A DNA stretch of 64,000 nucleotides, taken from positions 6,696,001 to 6,760,000 of the forward strand of contig CAVNZM010000014.1 of the NCBI GenBank assembly GCA_963693365.1, written 5' to 3'. The notes under the pieces are model-generated. The model was not told the origin of the DNA. It saw only the letters and a list, made by a program, of their open reading frames with translations, and did no database searches. Position 1 is the first letter of the stretch. Each line of letters starts with the position of its first letter. A program made the translations under genes and the position numbers. This DNA is from Amoebidium appalachense. Taxonomy: Eukaryota; Protista; Ichthyosporea. Of the stretch, positions 1 through 12,754 are shown in pieces.

Positions 1-3000
1 GTTAACACGCACCACCACACCTGCGGAGATATGGTCGGCCCTATCTGCCCACTACCTGGAGCAATCTGAGGCCAATCAGTACGACCTTATCGGGCTGTAC
101 ATGAATTCTACGCCTGAACCTACGGACACCGCGACGAAATACGCCATGAAACTCCGCGGCTACGTGCGGCGCCTGGCCGATTACGGCACACAAATTGGTG
201 ATGCTCAAGTGCTGACCAAGCTCACCAACGACCTCGGCAAGGTGCCTTACTACGAAATGCCTGTAATTGCCTACAAGATGACACCCAAGCCTACCGTGAT
301 GGGCCTCCTCCAACAGCTACGGGCATATGAGACCAGCCACCCACGTGCACGTGTGACTACCAGCTGGCCGGCCGCCTTCACCACACGGGCTCCTCAACCT
401 GTCATCTGCCACGGCTGCGGCAAACCAGGCCACATCAAGTCTCAGTGCCCCAACGGCAACGGCCAACACAGCAACTCTGGCAACAACCGTGCCAGCACCT
501 ACCCCAAGGGTTCCTGCGTCAACCACCCACTGTCTACCAGTCACACTACCGCCATGTGCAAGGGGGGCAACCGTGCCAACGGCCGCAAACCTAAGGGTGG
601 TCCCCTCCCGCCTGGGTCCTGCATCAACCACCCTGCCTCTACTACCCACACTACGGCACAGTGCAAGGGGGGGCTGCCGCTCCCCGGGCTTTCCTCATGT
701 CTAGCAACGACTGTGGCACCAACAAGGTGCTCCTCGACTCTGGAGCCACTGACCATGTGTGCCCCCGGCCCGATGTGTTCATCAACATGCGTGCGGCGCC
801 TTACTCCACGGTCCAAGTAGCCGACAAGGGTGCATGTGCAGTGCTTGGGGTGGGCGACGTGTTCTTTTCCAGCACCATCGACGGCGTTACTGCGGTGCAT
901 CAGCTGACGGATGTACTCTACGTGCCCTCCATCCCCGACACTCTCATCAGTGTGTTCACGGCAACTACCAACGGTGTTTTACCCCGCTTTGACACCCGCG
1001 GCGGCGTTAAGTTGTGCTACGGCGATCAAATTCTGGCCACCGGCTCGGCTGTCGGCACCAAGCTGTACCACATGGCGGTGTCTCTTCTGCGCGCGGACAC
1101 AACCCCGGACGCCCAAACCACCACTGCTCCGCGTATCCTCAAGGTTACTGCCGACCTCAACACGTGGCACTACCGTCTGGGCCATGCTGGCATTGACGCT
1201 GTACGCTCGGTCATCAAGTCTGCAGGCCTGTTGGTGGGTGGCGGTGCCAAGTCTCCGGGTGTGTGTGAGCCCTGTGCCCTCGGCAAAGCCCACCGTGTTG
1301 CCTTCTCCGAATCAACTAGCCAAGCTCCCCGGGTCCTAGCCAAGGTTCACAGCGACATCAGCGGCCCCTTCCCTCCCGCGATCGGTGGTGCTCACTACCA
1401 CCGGCTCTCCTCAACAGAATGGGACTGCCGAACGACTGAACCGGACCCTCCTCGACATGGTTCGGGCACTCCTGCAGCAGTCCGGCCTTCCGGTGGGATT
1501 CTGGGCCGAGGCAGCTGTGACCGCGGCTTTTATACGCAACATGCTCCCGTCGCGAGCCACCGGCAGCCAATCGTCTCCCGCCCTGCTGTGGACCGGCATT
1601 CCTCCCGACTACAGCCGGCTCCGTGTCTGGGGCTCTCCCTGCTACGTCCATCAACAGGATACACCGAAACTGGCGCCTCGTGCCGTCAAGGGCATCTTCG
1701 TGGGCTACCCTCCTAACATCAAGGGCTACAAGGTCTGGATTCCAGCAGCACACAAGATGACCGTCAGCCGTGACGTGCAGTTCGACGAGGCTGCTATTCT
1801 GCACCCCCTCCGTGATGTCCCATCTGATTGGTCGACCGCACCGGCAATTCATCATTTTTTGGAGTCATCTGATTCGTCAAATCAGCCAGCCAATCACATC
1901 GTCCGGAATGATCAGCAATCTGATTCGTCTCGTCTGTCAGCCAATGGGACAGCGCCGAGTGATCAATTGGACATTCCGATCCTGCCCGAGCCTGCACATC
2001 GGCTCCCCCGGACGACCCGTAGTGGCGCTGTGTACAACGACCAACGTCGAGGCCCGACTGCCAACGTGGCTGCTGCTACGGCCCCCCTTGCCCCCCAGGC
2101 TACGGCTCCTGCATCAACACCCATCAAGGCTTCCACCATTGTTGTCCCCAAGACTGTCCGGGCTGCACTCAAGAGTCCCCAGCGTCTGAAATGGGAGGAG
2201 GCTGCACACCGTGAGCTCAAGGCCCTGGAAGACAACGGCACCTTCACCCTTGTGCCCCGTCCAGAGGATGGCTCCACTGTCATTCCGGTCGGCTGGGTCT
2301 TTACGGTCAAGCAGGACAACGTCGGCAACGTCACTGCTTTCAAGGCCCGGCTTGTGGCCCGGGGCAACTACCAGCAGCCTGGCCAGGACTATTTCGTCAC
2401 CGAGTCACCTGTGGCTGCGCTGGCTACCATCCGGCTGGTTTTGGCTACCTCCGTGGCCCAAGGTCTGCCTCTGCGCCACATCGACGTCAACACAGCATTC
2501 CTCAACGGCACCGTCAACGAGACCATCTACATTGAGCAGCCCCCTGGCTTCGTCAACCCCTCGGCCCCCCATGCTGTCGGCTTGCTCCACAAGGCGCTCT
2601 ACGGCCTAAAACAGGCACCGCGCCAGTGGTATGAGGCCCTCCGTGACCATCTCCTCGACCAAGGCTTCATTGTGAGTGCTGCTGACCCGTGCCTGTTCAT
2701 CAAGAATGCCGGGACCCCAACGTTTATTGCCCTTGCTGCCTACGTGGATGACTTCACCGTGACGGCCGCCACTGATGCGCTCATCGACGATTTTTTTCAC
2801 CAAGCTGGATGCTCGTTTCTCTGCCAAGGACCTGGGTCGTCCTACCCTGCTCATCGGGCACACTCTTACCTGGCTGGAGGACGGGTCTCTGCGTCTGGGC
2901 CATCGTCAACACATCATCGACTTGGCTGCCCGTTTTCGTCTCACCCACATGTCCGGCACCAAGACCCCCATCGTCCCGGGCCAGGCCAGTGAAAGCAACA

Positions 3001-3696
3001 AGACCCCAGCCTACAGCAAGAAGGAGGACTATGCCAGCCTGGTCGGTGCCCTGCTGTGGATTGCGCGTACCACCCGCCCCGACATTTCCCAGGCTCTGGG
3101 AGTCCTTACTCGACACATTCATGCGCCCACCGTCACCCACTGGACTATGGCTACCAGAGTTGTAAGCTACCTGCTGGCCACCATCGACCTGGGTATTGTC
3201 TACCGTCCCGGCCCCCCCAACCTTGTTGGCTACTCCGACTCCGACTACGCCGAGGACCGCGACACCCGGCGCTCCACCACGGGCTATGTCTTCTTCATCA
3301 ACTCCTCCCCTGTGTCCTGGGTGTCTCGGCCGGCTCCAGTCCATCACCACCCACAGCTCCACTGAGGCTGAATTTGTGGCCATGTCTGCTGCTACGAACG
3401 AGGCCCTATGGCTCAACTATGTGATGGACGACCTGGGCCTTAATCCTATCAATGAGCCCACCCCGGTGCCCATCCATGGGGACAATGAGTCTGCCCGGGC
3501 CCTGCTGGACACCCTGGGGGTTAAGCCCAAGACCAAGCACATCGACGTCCGCTACTGCTCCGTCAAGGAACATCACCTGCTGGGCAACATCACTGTGGTC
3601 CCGGTGGCTTCTGCTGACAACAAGGCCGACATGTTCACCAAGGCCCTGTCTGCCTCTTTCTTCACCAAGGCCGTGGGGATGCTCAACATGTGCTGA
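1..3696 (+). pseudogene. Copia gag-pol polyprotein, interrupted
   Basis: Pieces in ORFs 101-820, 661-1716, 1385-2992, 2775-3365 and 3196-3696. Frame changes at a G run (~667-673), ~1398 (integrase core deleted), a T run (~2791-2797) and ~3330. Confidence 0.9.
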
Positions 3697-3731
3697 GCAC
3701 CCGTCATCAACCAACTGCGCCCTCATACTTC

Positions 3732-3960
3732 AGGGGGGGGGAGAGAGTTGCATCCGACTGTGCAACTACGTGTACCATACTAAAATTGAGTAGGGGAATC
3801 TTTATTGTCTGTATTTTGTGCACCTGAAGCACTCGAGCTCAGTTGCATTAATTCATACCACAATTATCCAATTGAGTAGGGGTGTTGGAGTACACTGGTA
3901 CTCCCGGCTAGCAATGTCTGTTAGAGAAAGTTTCTGAGCAATTGAATAACTGTTTCAACA
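3732..3960 (+). repeat. Polypurine tract (3732-3747) and putative 3' LTR ending in ...TCAACA (3960)
   Basis: AGGGGGGGGGAGAGAG lies about 35 nt after the pol stop, and a CAACA terminus lies at 3956-3960. The LTR start is ambiguous (AGTTG at 3746 or TGTTG at 3883 after a second GAGTAGGGG). No 5' LTR is available for comparison. Confidence 0.45.
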
Positions 3961-5785
3961 CTCACTCGAGTGCATAGAGCTTTTGTTTACGGTCATATTC
4001 ATATATGGTAGTTATATGTTTGAGCCAAAACTGTACCAATGACGAGCTTCACTAGCAACGTGCTAATTGTGCTCTCTTTTCGGCTATTCCCGGTTCAGAT
4101 GATGTCATGTCTATATTTGCCACAGGATTCTATTCTTAGAGTGGTAGTGTGCTTTATTCCCGGATATTCTCAGAATATTTTTAGTTGTGTGAAGCAAGAT
4201 TTACGTTTAACTGCAATTGGTGTGTTAAACACGTTTATTTGTGTGCTTTAGTGCAAGTTAACTAGCCACTCAACGTGCACAGTTAACTTTTATATCTTTA
4301 ACGACTTGTTTTCATTGTGCTCTCTTTTCGGCCATGCTGTACATGGCCCACCACCAGGGTGCACACGAGGCCACCATGAGGTGGCCAACGACTATATAAA
4401 GCAGTGCCTCCCATGTCACAAACATGGGAAGCAGAACGTTTGATTTACACTTTTCTACTGTCGTTTCCAGTGCACAAAACACATAGACTAGTTACCCATC
4501 ATACACGACACTATGTCTGACAACTTACAGTTGCAGCAACTAGTCCAACTACTGGAGCAGAGGTTGGCCTCACAAGATGCAATCATTTCTGACTTACAGA
4601 AGGAACAACGTGCACTAGAACTAGCTTCTATGAACACAATGTCCAACACTCCCCCCCCCCCCCCCCCCCCCCCGCGGGGCCACAGGAGAGAAAAAGGCCC
4701 TCCGGCCTTCCCGTCTTCCAGTCACGTGCACCGATACATGGTCCCTAGCCTGCCAGTGCGACGCTGCCTTCCAGCAGCTTCTCCTGGCTATCATGGAGGG
4801 GCGTCGCTAGGCTCGCTCCCGGGCCTCGCTGCGCTCAGCCCGGGGCTCGCGGGGTTGCTCAGTCCATCGGTTAGTCTGACGGAAAGGTAGCCCTACGTGT
4901 CGTAACGAGAAAACTCTGCCAAGGGGTATTTATGATTGGTCCAGATCGAATCCGGTTCGATCCGATTAGCCATATAAGGAAACTGCAAAAAACCGTTTTG
5001 ACGGAAAGGTAGCCCTACGCGTCTTTCGACCCACAATGCACCTGTCAGGGATCCGATTCCGGCCCTGACCAATCTCAGCTTGAAGCGCCATCAGCTCGCA
5101 CTCAGATCAGTTGCCGCCAATAATTCATGTTCACGAAGCTTCGAAAAATGATCCGACCATAATTCTATGAGGTGCCTAACATTGACAGCTCAGCCGCAGT
5201 CCGCAATAAAAAAGTTGTAAAAAGAAAGAACTTCTGCGACTATCTTAACATACTATTTGTCAAAAAAACAACAAACAGTACTTCGACAAAGAGGAAACCT
5301 CCTACTCATGTTCAAAGATATCCACACTCGAGCTTGACTGTTATGCAGTACTAACAAGAAAAAAGCTCGCTCCAGACAGCTTTCTTCTGAGTACCCTGCT
5401 CCACACCGCGCTGCGTCACAAAGTGATCGACGATATCGTGTTCACCCTTTTTATACCTCTCCACTAGCCGCTAAGACAAATACCGTGATTCCTACCCAAC
5501 CATTTCATTCAAAAGGCCTACCCAATGGTATCGCCCGGTTGTGCAAGCTACAGATGTAATTACCGCTCATTAGCTAACTTTCACAACCGGGCCCTCCGAC
5601 TGGTTCACTATCACGGCTCACGAGGCCACTTCTGCAACTTCCACGACCGAAGAATCTGACTGGTCCCCTGCTAACGACGTCATTAGCGCAAGTTTCACAA
5701 CCGCGCAACCCGATACGCCACCTAAATCTCCCCAGACCCACGTCTTCCGTATCGTGCTCTACCTAGCGCCCGCCGCCGCCTGACC

Positions 5786-6303
5786 GCCTTACGTAACGCT
5801 TACGTAAGGCCCTGCGCAGGCCTCCCCCCAAACCTCTATATCGTGGTCTGGCCCCCCCGACCCCACCACCTTACGTAACCCCGGCCCCGCGCCAGCCAAC
5901 CAAACGGCCCGGTTGTGGAAGAAGGCCGAATCTGCCGGGGGGCCCCCTACGTGTGCTGATCTGTACTGCATGTGTTGGATCGCTAGATCGCAAGAGATCT
6001 TGCCTTGGGGATATAGACATGTTGCGGGCACAGAATCGCGGAACTTGTGGCAAAAGCAATCCGATTTCATAGGAAACAAGGCGTAATCCGATCGATGTGC
6101 TTCAAACAATCTTCCGGGTACGAAGATCAGACAGACCGACGGACGGACAAGCACGTGCTCGGGGGCCTCGGTTTTTTCCGCCCGGAGCCCTCGGATGGGA
6201 TGTTGGAGCTAACGCCCCTCCATGACTGTACTGTATGTGGGCCGGGCCTCGTGGCCAAGTTCGGGGAGTCCATCGCAAGCGGATTACGTCCTGATTACGT
6301 CAG
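5786..6303. promoter_or_regulatory. Cluster of bZIP-type ACGT-core sites upstream of the p62-like gene
   Basis: TTACGTAA at 5789, 5800 and 5871 (the first two within the inverted repeat GCCTTACGTAA-CGC-TTACGTAAGGC); GATTACGTC at 6282 and 6293. A GTAAGT donor at 6505 suggests a non-coding first exon just downstream. Confidence 0.4.
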
Positions 6304-6760
6304 CCTTTTCCTTCCGGCGTTATGGGTATCTGACAATCAGAAGGCCAAGCTTTTAAAAAGTTTGCTTCTCCTTTTAATTATCTCTTTTCTCAAATTAAAA
6401 CATTTATTAGTTTTTTTTAAGAAAAAACGGCTAAGTGCTCACTAATTCTTGTTCTCAGCCTCCACCAATCATTCACGCTTTGCCGCGCTTTTGCTTCGCT
6501 CCCTGTAAGTGGCTCAGCGCTTACGTTTTCTGCCAAGCAGTCGCGAAAAAACGAAAACAAAGCCAAGACTTGGGCTTATAAACTATGTTCCCTACGCTCC
6601 TTCTTCACTTGCCACTTTTATAACTTACCCCCACACATGACTTGTTAACCTCTTCGCTGTTCATATTACGTTGCTCCTTTCCTTTTAAAGGCTTTATTGG
6701 TGTTGTTTTTTTTCGAAGTTTCCTCTGGTCGTGCTTACTGGTTTGTTTGGATCTTTCAAG

Positions 6761-8044
6761 ATGGTTGCCCAGGTGATTAAACTGAGGTATGACGGTGACG
6801 TGCGCCGGCTGCCCGCACTTCAGCTGTCGTGGGAGGACCTGCGTGGAAAGGTGGGTGGTTGCCTGCAATAAATAACACAAGGATGTCATTTGCTCCCCAA
6901 ATTTTGAGTCTTTGGACAAAAACATGCCAGGGAGGTGGTTTTTACCCGTTGTTGTTGAAGGGAGGGGGTGACAAGGCTGGCACTGATCTACAGTTCTTTT
7001 CTTTTGCATGCTTTCTTTTTATTTTTTCGGTGCTGTGCGGGGGGAGGAGGGGGTGGGGAAGAGGGTGGTGGGTGACAACTAGCGGGCATGGTACTGGCTT
7101 TAATTGTATTGTTATCCTCAAGGTCATGAACCGTTTTCCTATATATCTTTTCAAACAAAATGGTTTTTCATTAGGGGACACACGCATTTCTTCTCGTCCT
7201 AATATGCTTTGAAAGTCAATCCTTCTACGTCCGGATGATCACCGTGTTTACTTCTGATGCACAATCTTTTTACCCTCGATGATCACTGCCATAATCACTT
7301 AAACATCATCTCTATGGGTGGGTGACAGGTGTGTGAGCTGTATGGGCTTGCTGCAGGGTCGTTTCGTCTCAAGTATGTCGACTGCGATGGTGACACGGTG
7401 CTCATTGACAGTGAAGGTGGGTTTCATGTTTAATGGTCCACAAAAGGTGTCTGGTTTGATTGTAATTGCATGGAATACACACATACACATTCACACTTTA
7501 ACGAGGTTTGCCTCCACGTGGTGTTTGCGATCTTTAATGCCTGGTAAGTGATTAGGCGCAGTGTGAACAACGGTGATCATGGGTTGAATGTAATTGCATG
7601 GGACACGTCGTGGATGAGACCAGACGCATTGTGAATTTTATATTGCGCATGGGGTTCAGTAGCCAATGGCATTTTTCCTGCCACATGCCTGCTGTGTCCT
7701 TTTATCTTTTTTTCTTTTAATATTGGACATATGGTGTTGTGTACTTGTAGCGTGTGCACTTGTGCTTGATGCTATGTAGCACATCTATTTTTTCTTGCGC
7801 GCACGATGTATTGCCACTGTAGGCAGATAAAAGAACTATATCACGATCACGATGTTGAACATCTGTCCTCTTTTTGTGTGTACATTTTTTTTCTTTCCTA
7901 TCTCCCTTTCTTCCCTCCCTTCCCCCCTCCTTCCTTGGTGTGCGTGTGTCTGCGTGCATGCACGTGCGCGTGCGTGCCTGCGTGCGCGCGTGCGTGCGTG
8001 GTGTGCGCGTGTATTCTTGCACACTCACACGCATACCCACTTTC

Positions 8045-8081
<37 letters not shown>

Positions 8082-9768
8082 TTTTTTTTTTTTTTTTTTT
8101 TGGCGCGCGTGCCCGTGCACCTTTGTTCAAGTGAGAATGAAGGGCACTTTCGTGAAAACAGTAGACACTTTGAGAAAAAGTACACGTATATTATAATAAG
8201 CTTACTCGCTTTATTCCAGAAAAAATGCACGCATATTATAGTAAGCTTACCACGTTAAAAAAATTAAAAAAACACGTACACGCACATTATGTAAGATTAC
8301 TGTACTCGCTGCCTTCTAGAAAAGGTGCTCGCATATTATAGTCTGCTTACTAGCCTTTTCCCCTTTGTTCTCTCTTTCTTTTCCCCCTTCCCCATCTTAC
8401 TTTATATTTGGCACTCTTCCTTTGTTTTTTTGGTTTTTTTTTTTGCCTCTTGTTTTCGTTCCCATTCTTACTTTTCTTTTTAGCACTCTTCATTTTATTT
8501 TTTATTTTTTGGCCCTTTTTTTTTTTTTTTTTTTTGGCATTCCCCTTCTTACTTTTTTTTTTTATGGCTCATTTTTTCAGGGGAACTTCTTGAAGCAATC
8601 GTGCAGACTCGCGCCGGAGACATGCTCAGGCTGACGGTAGAGCCAAACCCGACCCGAATCGAGAAACCGACCCGAAATGACAACCCAACTCAGGCCAAAG
8701 TGGCTGCCGACGCTGAAAAGTTGGCGAGGGAGGGAAAAGAAAAGTGCACAGAGAGAGTGGAAGAGACAACGACAGCTTCGGAGGTGGAAAAAGATATTAG
8801 GGCTCAGTATGAGAGAGACCTGCAGGAAGAAAGGGAGAGGGACAGGGAGAGGTCTGGGAGTGTAGGTGAGGGGGTGTGGGACACAGGGTTTGTGGAACAG
8901 TATGAGAGAGATTTGGAGAGGGCGATGGAGGAGAGTAGGAGAGAGCAGGAGAGGGTTCAGGGGAAGAAAAACGAGGAAGACAAGAAAGAGGTGGAGAGGG
9001 ATGTGAAAGAGGATTACAAGAGAGAGGTGGAGGGAGATGTGAAAGAGGGAATTAAGAACGTGGTGGAGAGAGATGTGAGAGAGGAATACAAAAGAGAGGT
9101 GGAGAGAGACATGGAGAGAACACCGCGTGAAAAGAAGGAGGAGAGACGCATGTACAAGGAGGAAAGGAGGGCAGGGAAAGAGAAAGAGAGACAGGAGAGA
9201 CGCGAGCACAAGGAAAAACGCAAGGAGGAACGTCGCGCTGAGAAACACGCAGAGAAAGAAAACCGTAAAGCGGGTGGCGTTGGTGGTGGTATGGTGGGGG
9301 ATTCGGGTGCGGGACCTAGTGGGTTGTATTGTGGTGTGGATGTGGACCGGCTGGCAGAGAGGATTGCGGCACGGCTGCTCCCTGCACTGCAAAAGGAAAC
9401 AAAGGAGACAGCAAGTGCACAGGAGAAACAGTTCAAGCCACCTGTCAATGAAGGTGTGTGTGTGGGTGTGGGTGTGTGTGTGTGTGTGTTCTTAAGTCTG
9501 CTCGTGTGTGTCTTGTGAGCAACTAATCCGTGGCTGTGTCTTGCATCTTCAGGTGTTGAGTGGTGTGATGGGCCTTTAATAACAGCAGTGTGCATTATTC
9601 AGTCCATGCAGGGTATTTTGCCCTCAATCTTTCTTTTGTTCGTTCGTTCGTTTTTTTTTTCCCCTTCCTCCTTTCGTTTTTATTTTTTATTTAAAATTTC
9701 AGGACTAATATTTGATTTGATTTTGCGTTCCTTTCTTAACTTCGGCTTCACACACACTGACACCCTCC

Positions 9769-9802
<34 letters not shown>

Positions 9803-10256
9803 ACACACACACACTCCCCATCTCCCCCCCTCCCCCCTCCTCCTCCCCCCCCCCCCCCCCCCTTTTCCCTTCCCTTTCAGGAGCGGAGCACCTATATGTT
9901 ACATGTGACGTGTGCAACCATGGTGTGTTTGGTGTGCGCTACAAGTGCACCGTGTGCGCCGACTATGACATGTGTGCCCCATGTGAGGCCACCAGCAACC
10001 ACAACCCACACCACATCCTCCTGAAGATACTGACTCCCATCAGCCTGAGGTTTGATCTCGAGGTAGATTCACACCCTCTGAGGGTACGTGCTTATCCAAA
10101 CCCCCCCCCCCCTCCCCCCCCCCCCCCACGCACGAGCACCCCCCCCCCCCCAAAAAAAAAAAATAAAAAATAAATAAAAAATAAAAAACTCCCTCTGAAA
10201 ATTGGAAAAACAAATTAGAAGTTGAGCACTCAGAGATCGTTCACATGGCACGGGTG

Positions 10257-10298
<42 letters not shown>

Positions 10299-11877
10299 AT
10301 AAGTAAATCAACAACTGATGCAACAACAATCGCACGGACAAAGACAAAAAGTGCTGTCTGCACGTCCACATACACACACAAACACACACACAAACACACA
10401 CACATACACACACACATACACACAGTACAACCCCGCAGGGTTCTGTTACTGGTGCTCTCACCATATACCCCCCCCCCCCTCATAAACACCCCTCCCTCCC
10501 TCCCTCCCTATCCCTTTCCCTCCCAACCCCCCAACCCCCCGCCGTCCCCTTACTAACCAAGTATAGGTCCCCTCCCATGCACACACACACGCACGCACAC
10601 ACACACAGCACGTGCACGGTCAGCGTGTGTGCTGCCCCCACCCACCCCAGCACCCACCCTCCCCTCCTGACACCGAGTCCGTGCCGTCTTTCCCGTCCCC
10701 TCAGCAGGTATGCAACATATTTTCCTCTTACTCTTGGATACCTACTCCTCCCCCCCCCCCCCCTCCCTCCCCTCCTCCCCCTTCCTCCCTCCCTCCCCCC
10801 CCCCCCCCCCCCCCCCCCCCCCGCACACACATCTTCACCGTTTTGCTCACCTTGCTTGCATAAGCAACCCTGCTCGTCTTTGATCAAGACGGGTTGACCC
10901 ATTCAAGTTCAGTTGATGCTGCTGTCTGAGTTGGAGCGTCGTATATACGCGGGCTAAGGGGTCGAAACTCAGACGCAATTGATGACTTGGGCCCTCCCTG
11001 AGGATGGGCTCTGCTTATCGCATGGCTGATGCTGCATACTTGAATGTTTGCCTTTGCATGTGTCCGGCACCATGCTTCTCGTCGTGTATGCGTACGTCGT
11101 ACTGTGTTCCGCATTCAAACCCCCCCCCCCCCCCACACACACACAAAAAAAAGAAAAAACACCATTATAGAAGCCCAAATACCATGATAGAAAAAAAAGA
11201 AAGAAAGAAAGAAAGAAAAGAGGTGAGAGGGAAGAAAAGAGGAGAAAAGAAAAGCGAAATACAGTATGGAACGAAAGCAATCCCCCCCCCCCCCCCCCTC
11301 CCCCCTCCCCCCCCCTTTAACCCACTCACCCACTCACCCACCTACCCATAACCTACCCACCCACCCCACCCACCCTATGCATATGGTTTGTTCTGGGAGT
11401 ATCGTCGTGTTTACTATTTGATTAATAGACTATGGCCTATGGTCTCTGTGCTGCTGTCATGTTTTGTTTCCCACATGTCCTGCTTTCACGGATAAGCCGA
11501 AGATGCCCAAGTTGTTAGGTTACCCCCTCCCCCCCCCCCCCCCCCCTTCCTTCCCCCCCCCCCCCCCCCCCCCCCCTGCGGGCGCCCCAAAGGCACACGC
11601 ACACGTCCGCGCACAGAAACACACACACCATTAACCCCTGATCATCTCCCAGGCAACGACACCCCCAGACCATACCTTCTCTTTCGACTCCTCTCCTGCA
11701 CCTGCCTCTCAGAGCCTTGACCCTCTGCCCACCCCCCTGCTCATGGAAGATTCCATCACCCTTCCATCTTCCCCTTCCACCAATCCTTTCGACGATATGC
11801 CCCCCCTTACGGACTCGTATGTTCCCCACGTGGGATTGAGGTAATTACTCCTACAACATTACTCCAAACTATCCCTA

Positions 11878-11909
<32 letters not shown>

Positions 11910-11951
11910 AAAAAAAAAAAAAAGCCGGCGTGCGTGAAAAGAAAAAGGGCG

Positions 11952-12024
<73 letters not shown>

Positions 12025-12722
12025 TGAGAAATGCTTACGAAGTACATGGTTACAAAAAAAACCCTAGCGGTGACTGGGATGGTTGTGCACAGCCGTACAC
12101 ATGCAAGGTGAATGTGTGTGCACATCTTTTTCTTTCAACGCTGTGCAACACCCTGTGCGTGTATGTGTGTATATGTCTTCTTTCGTTTTTTCTACCACGT
12201 AAACAACCAAAACACTAACATCTGTGCCCCCCCCCCCCCCTCCCACCCCCCCCTCCCACCCACCACCACCACCAGCCCCCCCACCATGTCTGCAGCAACC
12301 AGTTACATCCCCACCGAGACATCACCCATTAACACATCCTCCCCCGTGCCCTTTGACGGTGAGTTCCCTATCCCCCCCCCCCCCCCCCCCCCCAACTCCA
12401 CCCCACCCCCCTCCCCCACCCCCCCTTTAACCACATGCACACGCACACGCACGCGCACCCCCATGGCTTGCTCTGCCTCCTAGCCTCGCACACGTAATCG
12501 TTTTTCCCCGTCCCCTTCATCTGCTCTTTTTGGGGTTTACACCACCACCACCATCCACACTCTGCACATGCACATGTGCTGTAATCGCCACAACCCCTAT
12601 TCAATTTACCTTTTGGTTATAGAGCAAACCCCCCCCCCCCCCCCCCCAAGCCATAATGCACAATTAGCTATACAGCAAACCCTTCCCCTCCTCCCCCCTC
12701 CCTCCCTCCCCCCCCCCTCCCC

Positions 12723-12754
<32 letters not shown>

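Larger units (their letters stand above)
1..3960 (+). mobile_element. Ty1/Copia LTR retrotransposon, 5' part outside the window, defective
   Basis: Domain order is gag (CHGCGKPGHIKSQC knuckle), protease (LLDSGATDH), integrase (WHYRLGH...CEPCALGK, SPQQNGTAERLNRTL), RT (KARLVARG, IDVNTAFLNG, LYGLKQAPRQW, YVDD), RNase H (YSDSDYA, STEAEFVA, KTKHIDVRY, ADMFTKAL). Integrase before RT is the Copia order. Confidence 0.96.

Noticed and set aside
665-675. Programmed gag-pol frameshift at AAGGGGGGG
   Set aside because: One extra G restores a single ORF (KGGAAAP). Copia gag-pol is normally one frame, and homopolymers here are unreliable.
4513-4890. Coiled-coil ORF MSDNLQLQQLVQLLEQRL... behind a TATATAAA at ~4394
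   Set aside because: It could be the start of another retroelement Gag, but it degenerates after a C run and no further domains, LTR or PBS are recognisable.
10870-11000. 5S rRNA, U3, RNase P, SRP or hammerhead identity for the folded intronic element
   Set aside because: Only short word matches (CTCGTCT..GATC, GCTAAG, TGATGA/CTGA). Spacing and diagnostic boxes do not fit, so it is left unassigned.
11944-12023. Very long G/C homopolymers as G-quadruplex or special elements
   Set aside because: Run lengths are probably inflated by long-read consensus errors and cannot be interpreted without short-read polishing.
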